Made by a program: the position numbers and the translations under genes. Source: Gottfriedia sp. NPDC057991 (GTDB lineage: Bacteria > Bacillota > Bacilli > Bacillales > Bacillaceae_G). Taken from it: a DNA stretch of 24,000 nucleotides. This document shows positions 7,898-18,138 of the stretch, piece after piece (positions within the stretch are counted from its first letter, which is position 1; each line of letters starts with the position of its first letter). The stretch lies in the NCBI RefSeq assembly GCF_042886615.1, contig NZ_JBHVQN010000004.1:407374-431373 (forward strand). Direction: 5' to 3'. The notes beneath the pieces are model-generated. The model was not told the origin of the DNA, made no database searches, and was given only the letters and a program-made list of their open reading frames with translations.

Positions 7898-9331
7898 ATG
7901 AGTAAACAAGGCATTGATTCAGATGGTTTACAATCGTTTAATTACAAACAGGAATTACAGCGATCATTAAAATTTTTTAGTTCATTTGCAGTTGCGTTCT
8001 CGTTTATCTCAATTACAACTGGTATTTTTAGCTCTTATAGTCTTGCTTTAGGAGCCGCCGGACCTGCTGGAATTTGGACGTGGCCATTTGTCATGGTGGG
8101 ACATTTACTTGTAGCTTTAATATTTGCAGATTTATCGAGCAAAATTCCTTTAAGTGGCTATGTATATCAATGGGTTAGCCGTTTAACGAATCGGGGATTT
8201 GGTTGGTTTACAGGTTGGGCAGCATTATGTTACTTAATTATTGTTGTTCCTACTGTTGATTATGGTGTAGCACCAATTTTTCTTGATTTACTTGGTATTA
8301 AGAGTACTACTACAGTTCTTACAACCGTCGTATTAATTACAATCGTTATACAAGCATTATTAAATATTTACGGAGTAAGGATTGCTACAATCATTAATAA
8401 TTCAGCTGTCTATACAGAAGTAATCGGATTTATTGGCATTATTATTATTTTAAGCTTTGTCTTATTTTTCAAAGGAGCAGATTTTTCATTATTAACTTAT
8501 ACTGCTCACAAGGTTGGTTCAAATGGAAGCTATTTTACAGCATTTGTACTAGCAGTCGTAATGGGCTCTTATACATTAGTAGGCTTTGAAGCAGCGGCTA
8601 ATTTAGCAGAAGAAACAGTTGATGCTAATAAAACCGTACCTAAAGCCATCGTTTACTCAATGTTACTTGCAGGTGTAATTGGATTTGTATTCTTAATCAT
8701 TGTTACTTCGGGAATTAAAGATATTAACGGAATCATGGCTTCTGCTTCCCCTATTTCTGATATTTTACAATCACGTTTGGGCACTGCAGTTGCTGACTTC
8801 TTCCTTGCATTAGTTATTGTGTCAATTTTTGCTTGTGGATTAATTATTATGGCTTCTGCTTCTCGACTTATTTACGCCCTTTCAAGAGACAATGTGTTTT
8901 TCGCTTCAAATGTGTTTAAAAAAGTAGATAAAAAACACAATGTACCGTACAATGCGATAATTTTAGTTTCTGTATTAGGCATAATTGCTGTATTCTATTT
9001 TGGGAAACTATCTTTATTAATAGGTACTTCTGCGGCACTTCCGGCCATTATTTACTTAATAACTGTAATCGCATACGCTACTAAAATTAAGACCTTACCG
9101 GATACAGATGGTTTTAAGTTAGGAAAATGGCGACTACCTGTTACGATTCTTGCGATTATTTGGTTAGTATTTGAAGTTGGTATTTTAACTCTATCAAAAG
9201 ACTTTTTACCAACGACTAAAGTTATCCTTTATTTATTTCTTGCTGGCATCGTTATTTATTGGGCTGTATTCAGATCTAGAATACAAGAAGGTAAAATTGG
9301 TATTAATTTAGAGAAGGATTTGGATGTTTAA
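7898..9331 (+). CDS. APC-superfamily amino acid/amine permease (amino acid-choline transporter-like; GABA/amine substrate plausible)
   Basis: 477 aa, about 12-13 hydrophobic segments. N-terminal SLKFFSSFAVAFSFISITTGIF...GPAGIWTWP pattern is typical of ACT-type APC permeases. GGAGGAG SD 7 nt before the ATG. Confidence 0.85.
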   Translation: MSKQGIDSDGLQSFNYKQELQRSLKFFSSFAVAFSFISITTGIFSSYSLALGAAGPAGIWTWPFVMVGHLLVALIFADLSSKIPLSGYVYQWVSRLTNRGFGWFTGWAALCYLIIVVPTVDYGVAPIFLDLLGIKSTTTVLTTVVLITIVIQALLNIYGVRIATIINNSAVYTEVIGFIGIIIILSFVLFFKGADFSLLTYTAHKVGSNGSYFTAFVLAVVMGSYTLVGFEAAANLAEETVDANKTVPKAIVYSMLLAGVIGFVFLIIVTSGIKDINGIMASASPISDILQSRLGTAVADFFLALVIVSIFACGLIIMASASRLIYALSRDNVFFASNVFKKVDKKHNVPYNAIILVSVLGIIAVFYFGKLSLLIGTSAALPAIIYLITVIAYATKIKTLPDTDGFKLGKWRLPVTILAIIWLVFEVGILTLSKDFLPTTKVILYLFLAGIVIYWAVFRSRIQEGKIGINLEKDLDV

Positions 9332-9341
9332 AAGAAAAAAT

Positions 9342-9380
9342 AAAGCCGAAACTCCTTATATGGGAGATCGGCTTTTTATT
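9342..9380 (+). terminator. Rho-independent terminator of the APC permease gene
   Basis: AAAGCCGA-aactccttatatgggaga-TCGGCTTTTTATT. Confidence 0.75.
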
Positions 9381-9417
9381 AATTAATAATGGTAGATTAG
9401 TATTCTAGCTTTAATGT

Positions 9418-9461
9418 TATAAAAATAACGTACATATTCACTTACAAATATGTACGTTATT
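9418..9461 (-). terminator. Rho-independent terminator of the bgl operon
   Basis: Perfect 14-bp stem AATAACGTACATAT / ATATGTACGTTATT with a 10-nt loop. TTTTTAT follows on the minus strand. Confidence 0.8.
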
Positions 9462-9475
9462 TCTTATCTCTTTAA

Positions 9476-10990
<1,515 letters not shown>

Positions 10991-10995
10991 CTAAA

Positions 10996-12870
<1,875 letters not shown>

Positions 12871-12930
12871 TCAAATCATGGAAAATTCCAAAAATATTTA
12901 ATACATTTTTCAAATTGCTATTTTAGTAAA

Positions 12931-13015
12931 ATAAAAAACCTAAACTACAGGTGCATGTAAAAATCATCATACACTCTTGTAATTTAGGTTTTGCCTGCAT
13001 GACCAGTAACAATCC
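12931..13015 (-). promoter_or_regulatory. RAT / terminator riboregulator, proximal copy (RAT-3), in the bglP leader
   Basis: Minus strand GGATTGTTACTGGTCATGCAGGCAAAACCT (13015-12986) matches the BglG/LicT RAT consensus. It overlaps the 5' arm of terminator AAACCTAAA...TTTAGGTTT followed by T6. Confidence 0.88.
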
Positions 13016-13106
13016 TGAATTTTGATATTTAATTTTTAACTAAATACAACGATATGTTAACTGGCCCATCTTGAGTTCCCTCGTCCGGATCAAAAGTGTC
13101 CCAAGA

Positions 13107-13188
13107 AAACAAAAAACCTAAACTGCACGCCTCAGGAAAACAGAAGAGACGACAATTTAGGTTTTGCCTGCACGACCAGTAACAATCC
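13107..13188 (-). promoter_or_regulatory. RAT / terminator riboregulator, distal copy (RAT-2), in the bglP leader
   Basis: Minus strand GGATTGTTACTGGTCGTGCAGGCAAAACCT (13188-13159) overlaps terminator stem AAACCTAAA (13164-13156) / TTTAGGTTT (13122-13114) followed by TTTTTTTG. Confidence 0.88.
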
Positions 13189-13220
13189 TATAAAATCGGA
13201 TGTATTTAATTGATAACTTG

Positions 13221-13257
13221 ATATTATCACTGCAAATTAACGATGTCAACGCTTTCA
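13221..13257 (-). promoter_or_regulatory. sigma-A promoter of bglPH with overlapping CcpA cre site
   Basis: Minus strand TTGACA-17 nt-TAATAT (-35 at 13249-13244, -10 at 13226-13221). TGAAAGCGTTGACA (13257-13244) fits cre consensus TGWAANCGNTNWCA at every position and overlaps the -35. Confidence 0.7.
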
Positions 13258-13264
13258 CAAAAAA

Positions 13265-14098
13265 TTAATTTCTATTTACAACACGAGCAATATGAATTGT
13301 TAGATAAAGTTTTTCTTCTGTGCTTAATTCATACTCATATTTTTTTAGAACGAAATCTTTGATTTTTTCTGTACAAACAGAAGCATCTTTATATTTCTCT
13401 TTTATTGTATTGAACAGAAAATCTTCCTCATTATTTAAATATGTCTTACTAAGAATCCTTTGAGCAAAAAATTTAAGATGTGTGACAAAGCGATAATAAT
13501 TTAAAGATTCTTCATCAAATTCAATTTTAAAATGATATTTTACAATAGTTAATATTTCTTGAATGAACTTTGTAATATTTACAATGTTCGTCATTTCCTC
13601 ATTCAATTCCGCGTTTACTACATGCAGAGCAATAAAACCTGCTTCATCCTCAGGTAAACGAATCCCTGTTTTTTGCTCAATAATATTTAATGCATGTTTA
13701 CCCACCGAAAATTCTTCCTTATACAGTCGTTTTACTTCCCAAAGTAAAGGATTCTTGATTTCCAGTCCATTTTTCTGTCTATATAAGGCAAAATGAATAT
13801 GATCTGTCAGAGACACATAAATACTTTCACTTAATTTTTTTCCTAATGTCTCTTTTGCAAAGCGGATAATTTCATCTGACAGTTCCATATATTGTAAAGG
13901 AATTTCTTCAAGCAGCTTCTTAAAATGCTCCGATAAATCCTTGTTATCCAACTTGAAAACCTTTTCAATCAATTGCTCATCAACAGGATCACCTGTTTTT
14001 TTCTTAAAGGCCAGCCCTCTCCCCATAACAACCATTTCTTTATTTTGCTCATTCAAAACGCTTACTACATTGTTATTAATCACTTTATGGATGATCAT
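13265..14098 (-). CDS. licT: BglG/LicT-family PRD-containing transcriptional antiterminator
   Basis: 277 aa. N-terminal CAT RNA-binding domain MIIHKVINNNVVSVLNEQNKEMVVMGRGLAFKKK, then two PRDs with conserved His contexts (LTDHIHFAL, FIALHV, FVTHLKF, LTIHIA). GAGAGGTGA SD. Confidence 0.92.
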   Translation of the reverse strand: MIIHKVINNNVVSVLNEQNKEMVVMGRGLAFKKKTGDPVDEQLIEKVFKLDNKDLSEHFKKLLEEIPLQYMELSDEIIRFAKETLGKKLSESIYVSLTDHIHFALYRQKNGLEIKNPLLWEVKRLYKEEFSVGKHALNIIEQKTGIRLPEDEAGFIALHVVNAELNEEMTNIVNITKFIQEILTIVKYHFKIEFDEESLNYYRFVTHLKFFAQRILSKTYLNNEEDFLFNTIKEKYKDASVCTEKIKDFVLKKYEYELSTEEKLYLTIHIARVVNRN

Positions 14099-14197
14099 CT
14101 AATTCACCTCTCTTGCGAAGGATTATTTGCGATACCATTTTTTATTTCTATACTATCTCTTCTTTTTTTACAGGTCAATTTTACTACATCTCTAGTT

Positions 14198-14274
14198 AAA
14201 AAAAACCTAAACAACCAATGCCTAACATTAGGACATTGATCATCTAGGTTTTGCCTGCATTGCAGTAACAATCC
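14198..14274 (-). promoter_or_regulatory. RAT / terminator riboregulator (RAT-1) in the leader of the antiterminator gene itself
   Basis: Minus strand GGATTGTTACTGCAATGCAGGCAAAACCT (14274-14246) overlaps a long hairpin (AAACCTA...TAGGTTT with inner CAATG.CCTAA/TTAGGCATTG) followed by T8. Confidence 0.85.
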
Positions 14275-14296
14275 TTTTATTTATAAGATACAGATA

Positions 14297-14325
14297 ATTA
14301 TAAAAAATATCATATTTATAAACAA
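14297..14325 (-). promoter_or_regulatory. Candidate sigma-A promoter for licT
   Basis: Minus strand TTGTTT-17 nt-TATAAT. The predicted start is about 15-20 nt upstream of RAT-1. Confidence 0.5.
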
Positions 14326-14421
14326 GATATTTTTATTTTTTGATTCTGTAAGATTATAAGATCGCTATACACTTACAAAGAACAGGGTATTTTTCACTAT
14401 CTTTCTATGCTATTTTATTCC

Positions 14422-14458
14422 AAAAAAGGAATGATGAGGAATTTCTTTGAAATCATCA
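14422..14458 (-). terminator. Weak candidate terminator downstream of the LysP-like permease gene
   Basis: Minus strand TGATG-ATTTC-aaa-GAAAT-tcct-CATCA, then TTCC and T6. The stem is interrupted. Confidence 0.4.
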
Positions 14459-14568
14459 CCAATCCTATTGTTACTTTCCAACTACATACTTTTTCTAATC
14501 CTTATCTATGATTTGATTCACTGCTTTTGCTGGTGCTGTAAAGTCATATGCTAAACTTGTCCACGTGC

Positions 14569-16047
14569 TTATTTCTCCAAATCACACTCACTAAGTCGAA
14601 CAATTTTTGTTCTTTTTATGAGTTTATATCCGGTCCACAAAATAAGGAATAATGGCAGACCTATATATGAAACAAGTACACCGTTCCAGTCAATTGTATT
14701 TCCCATAAATGCTGAATAGTTTTGTCCAAGAATAACGACCCCACATAGTACGAAAGCAAATATTGGTCCGAATGGGAACCATTTTGCTTTATACGGTAGA
14801 TCATTTAAATCCTTCCCTTGTGCTACATAGGCTTTACGGAAACGGTAATGACAAATCGCTATGCCAAGCCAAGCAATAAAACCAGACATACCTGAAGCAT
14901 TAAGTAACCAAATGTAAACAACTCCGTCACCATATAGAGAAGCTAAAAATGCTAATGTACCGACTGCCGCTGTAATCATTAATGCATTAACAGGTACACC
15001 CCTTTTATTTAATCTACCTAATGCTTTTGGAGCTTTCCCTTGGCGAGCCATATCCCACAGCATTCGAGCTGAAGCATACATTCCTGAGTTTCCAGCTGAT
15101 AAAACCGCCGTTAAGATAACTGCATTCATTACAGACGCTGCAAATGCAATGCCTGCTTTATCAAAAACTAGCGTAAATGGACTAACAGCTACATCGCCAC
15201 TTGCTAAATTATGATTTGTATATGGAATTAGTAGACCTATTACAAATATAGATAATACGTAAAATAATAAAATACGCCAAAATATTTGACGAGCCGCACG
15301 AGGAATATTTCGCTCAGGCTCCTCACTCTCCCCAGCTGCTACCCCTAATAACTCGGTACCTTGGAAAGAAAATCCAGCTGCCATAAAGATTCCGAGTGTC
15401 GCCATGAATCCTCCATGAAAAGGAGCATCACCAACTGTAAAATTTTTAAACCCTACTGCCTCTCCACCAATAATTCCAAAAATCATTAAAAATCCCGAAA
15501 TTAAAAAAATGATAACTGTAACAACTTTTATAATAGAAAACCAGTATTCAGATTCCCCAAACCCTTTGACTGACAGGTAGTTTAACAGAAAGATAATAAC
15601 TAAAAATAATGAGCTCCATAAGAGTGAGGATGTATGTGGTAACCAGAATTTCATCACCATCGTAACTGCAGCTAGTTCAGCTGCTATTGTAATTGCCCAG
15701 TTATACCAGTAATTCCAGCCAAGTGCAAAACCAAGTGCAGGATCAACGAATTTTGTTGCGTATGTACTAAAAGATCCAGCAACTGGCATATATGTTGCCA
15801 TCTCAGCAAGGCTTGTCATTAAAAAGTACACCATTATTCCAATCGCTGTATAAGCTGCCAGAACACCACCTGGTCCTGCATTATGGATCGCACCTCCACT
15901 TGCCAAAAATAGACCTGTTCCAATTGTTCCTCCTAGTGAAATCATTGTAATATGACGAGGTTTTAATCCACGCTTTAACTCTTGAGGCATAGAAGGAATA
16001 TGGTTCTTAGAATCAATGACTGGTATTGTATTTACCGTATTTTTCAT
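14569..16047 (-). CDS. lysP: AAT-family basic amino acid permease, LysP-like (lysine-specific permease likely; specificity inferred)
   Basis: 492 aa, 12 TM. Motifs LKPRHITMISLGGTIGTGLFLASG, GPGG, MVYFLMTSLAEMATYMPVAGSFSTYA, FALGWNYWYNWAITIA and GFGESEYWFSIIKV closely follow E. coli LysP as I recall it. Confidence 0.8.
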   Translation of the reverse strand: MKNTVNTIPVIDSKNHIPSMPQELKRGLKPRHITMISLGGTIGTGLFLASGGAIHNAGPGGVLAAYTAIGIMVYFLMTSLAEMATYMPVAGSFSTYATKFVDPALGFALGWNYWYNWAITIAAELAAVTMVMKFWLPHTSSLLWSSLFLVIIFLLNYLSVKGFGESEYWFSIIKVVTVIIFLISGFLMIFGIIGGEAVGFKNFTVGDAPFHGGFMATLGIFMAAGFSFQGTELLGVAAGESEEPERNIPRAARQIFWRILLFYVLSIFVIGLLIPYTNHNLASGDVAVSPFTLVFDKAGIAFAASVMNAVILTAVLSAGNSGMYASARMLWDMARQGKAPKALGRLNKRGVPVNALMITAAVGTLAFLASLYGDGVVYIWLLNASGMSGFIAWLGIAICHYRFRKAYVAQGKDLNDLPYKAKWFPFGPIFAFVLCGVVILGQNYSAFMGNTIDWNGVLVSYIGLPLFLILWTGYKLIKRTKIVRLSECDLEK

Positions 16048-16145
16048 TAAAATACTCCTTTTCAGTCGTTTTTTGGATTCGATAATTTTCTGCTTTTTTT
16101 CAATCGTCCATTGGCAGGATTAGGTAAAGTTTGAACATTAGAGAA

Positions 16146-16173
16146 AATGAGAAGCGCATGGTCGCTTCTCATT
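16146..16173 (-). terminator. Stem-loop after yokU (probably a leaky terminator)
   Basis: 11-bp perfect stem AATGAGAAGCG / CGCTTCTCATT with a 6-nt loop. Only a short, interrupted T-tract (TTTCTCT) follows on the minus strand. Confidence 0.5.
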
Positions 16174-16175
16174 TC

Positions 16176-16457
16176 TTATTTGGAAAAATCAAAGTAATTC
16201 CTCTTTAATAATCTTTGTTGCTCGATCAACTCATTATATGAAGTCGTTTTACCAAGCAGCTTTGTGTCGATTAAGTATAATTGCTCCTCAATTGCACCAA
16301 CAGTATCATCTGTTTGATATGTTATTTTACAATCTAAGCAAATGATACATGGCGTTTCTTTAATCTCAATTGCCTTCGTACCATCAGGAAGTTCCCAGTA
16401 GACTGTATTTGTTGATTCAACTATGTTAGCTGATTCACACCACTGACATTTCATCAT
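16176..16457 (-). CDS. yokU: YokU-family small zinc-ribbon protein
   Basis: 93 aa with CQWC...CIICLDC cysteine pairs. Its start ATG overlaps the kamA stop (ATGA, 4-nt overlap), implying translational coupling. This matches the kamA-yokU arrangement known in Bacillus. Confidence 0.8.
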   Translation of the reverse strand: MMKCQWCESANIVESTNTVYWELPDGTKAIEIKETPCIICLDCKITYQTDDTVGAIEEQLYLIDTKLLGKTTSYNELIEQQRLLKRNYFDFSK

Positions 16458-17884
16458 TCAGCGTCTCCTTGCGCACTTCCTACTAGCTTTTCACTAACTT
16501 GGATTTTTGTAAGCTGTGCTTGGAATTTCTTTTCTTTTAATTCGTCACGTTTATCGCGCTTATCTTTTAAAGAAGCATGCTCTGGGTTTGTTGCATATGT
16601 TTTACGAACTTCCATACGTTGTAAACCTTCTGGAACAAGATTGAATTTTGTTTCATTCATTAATCCTGCGATTCCTGCATTGGAACGTTTTTCATCCATA
16701 TTAGGATAAATTTCTTTAAAATATGCTTCTGCTCTACCTGGTACGTAATTTTGTGGTTCCGGATAAGTAGTAATTACACCTTCAAAATTACGAAGAACAA
16801 CTTTATCAGCACTTTGAGAAATTAAGTAATTTGGTTGAAGAGAAATTTTTCCTCCACCACCCGGTGCGTCTACTACAAATGTTGGTACTGCATATCCAGA
16901 AGTATGGCCTCGTAATCCTTCCATAATTTCTAAACCTTTTGAAACAGGCGCACGGAAGTGTCCAATTCCTTCTGATAAATCACATTGATAAATATAATAT
17001 GGACGAACACGAATTTTAACTAAATCATGCATTAGCTTTTTCATAATTGGTACACTGTCATTAATTCCAGCCAAGATTACGGCTTGGTTTCCTAACGGTA
17101 CTCCAGCATTTGCAAGCATTTCACAAGCTCGTTTCGATTCCTCTGTAATTTCGATTGAAGTATTAAAGTGAGTATTTAACCAAACTGGATGATATTTTTT
17201 TAAGATATTACAAAGATCTTCAGTAATACGTTGTGGGAATACTACAGGTGCCCTTGTACCAATACGGATAATTTCCACATGTGGAATGTCACGTAAATTT
17301 TTTAAAATATACTCTAAAATATTATCGTTAATTAAAAGACCGTCTCCACCTGAAATAAGTACATCACGCACTTGAGGATTTTTGCTAATGTAATTAATAG
17401 CAGCATCAAGCTGTTTCTTTGGCACTCCCATTCCAATTTGTCCTGAGAAGCGACGTCTAGTACAGTAACGACAGTACATTGAGCATTGATTTGTTACTAA
17501 AAATAGTACACGATCTGGATAACGATGTGTTAAACCTGGAACAGGAGAATCTTCATCCTCATGAAGAGGGTCCTCTAAATCATACTTAGTTTTATGAATC
17601 TCCGCAGAGATTGGAACTGATTGCATACGAACTGGACAACGTGGGTCATCCGGATTCATTAACGATGCATAATATGGGGTAATATTTAGTGGAATTGTTT
17701 TTGTCGCAATTCGTACCCCATCTTCTTCGTCTGGCGTGAGGTTAATTATTTGCTTTAACTCATCCAATGATTTGATGGTGTTTGTAAGTTGCCAAACCCA
17801 ATCATTCCATTGTTCCTCTGTTACATCTTTCCATAATTCAACTTCTTTCCAATGTCTTTTTGGAGCATAGACTGCATTTACCAT
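16454..17884 (-). CDS. kamA: L-lysine 2,3-aminomutase (radical SAM, PLP)
   Basis: Radical-SAM cluster motif CSMYCRYCTRR, GGDGLL, DAPGGGGKI. Start re-called to MVNAVYAPKRHW (AAGGGGA SD), because the track start 17968 would place the sigma-54 promoter inside the CDS. Confidence 0.93.
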   Translation of the reverse strand: MVNAVYAPKRHWKEVELWKDVTEEQWNDWVWQLTNTIKSLDELKQIINLTPDEEDGVRIATKTIPLNITPYYASLMNPDDPRCPVRMQSVPISAEIHKTKYDLEDPLHEDEDSPVPGLTHRYPDRVLFLVTNQCSMYCRYCTRRRFSGQIGMGVPKKQLDAAINYISKNPQVRDVLISGGDGLLINDNILEYILKNLRDIPHVEIIRIGTRAPVVFPQRITEDLCNILKKYHPVWLNTHFNTSIEITEESKRACEMLANAGVPLGNQAVILAGINDSVPIMKKLMHDLVKIRVRPYYIYQCDLSEGIGHFRAPVSKGLEIMEGLRGHTSGYAVPTFVVDAPGGGGKISLQPNYLISQSADKVVLRNFEGVITTYPEPQNYVPGRAEAYFKEIYPNMDEKRSNAGIAGLMNETKFNLVPEGLQRMEVRKTYATNPEHASLKDKRDKRDELKEKKFQAQLTKIQVSEKLVGSAQGDAE

Positions 17885-17921
17885 CCTTACATCCCCTTTC
17901 AAATTGTTTGTTTTAATATAT

Positions 17922-17937
17922 AGCAAGAGCCGTGCCA
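17922..17937 (-). promoter_or_regulatory. sigma-54 (-24/-12) promoter of kamA
   Basis: Minus strand reads TTGGCACGGCTCTTGCTAT = TGGCAC-N5-TTGCT, about 38 nt upstream of ATG 17884. This is consistent with the published sigma-54/KamR control of kamA in B. thuringiensis. Confidence 0.88.
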
Positions 17938-18056
17938 AAAATTTACAAATATTTAATAAAAGCGCCACGAATATGGAAAATTCAAACTATTCAGCCTGTT
18001 TTTTTATTTTTTAAAGTTAAAATCTTAAGTGGGTATCTTCTCAAGATGCAGCAAAA

Positions 18057-18083
18057 ATTATAAAACCGCCTAAAATTAGGCGG
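18057..18083 (-). terminator. Rho-independent terminator after kamR
   Basis: Minus strand CCGCCTAA-tt-TTAGGCGG followed by TTTTATAATTTTT. Confidence 0.75.
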
Positions 18084-18138
18084 CTTGGCTATTAAATGAA
18101 GTGCTAAAACTAGATTTTTAAGAAGATTAAAAAGTAGT

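Noticed and set aside
12931-14274. Three copies of a ~30-nt conserved repeat (…AGGTTTTGCCTGCA…CAGTAACAATCC), considered as CRISPR, REP or mobile-element repeats.
   Set aside because: The sequence is the BglG/LicT RAT consensus on the minus strand. Each copy is paired with an overlapping terminator in front of licT or bglP. No cas genes are present and there is no regular spacer architecture.
14461-14476. RAT-like fragment CCTATTGTTACTTT on the plus strand downstream of the permease gene.
   Set aside because: Only about 9 nt resemble the RAT core. The GCAGGCAAAACC half and a partner terminator are missing, and no plus-strand gene follows.
16112-16128. TGGCAG on the plus strand, considered as a sixth sigma-54 promoter.
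   Set aside because: No TTGC element follows at N5 spacing (it reads GGTAA), and the orientation points away from the only adjacent gene start.
16048-16175. Possible lysine (L-box) riboswitch ahead of the LysP-like permease.
   Set aside because: The gap is only about 128 nt and is largely taken up by the yokU hairpin. That is too short for an L-box, and I see no conserved L-box helices.
17885-17968. 28-codon N-terminal extension of kamA given by the track.
   Set aside because: The extension would contain the sigma-54 promoter (17937-17922) and has no SD. The internal ATG at 17884 has an AAGGGGA SD and yields a protein beginning MVNAVYAPKRHW, of typical KamA length.
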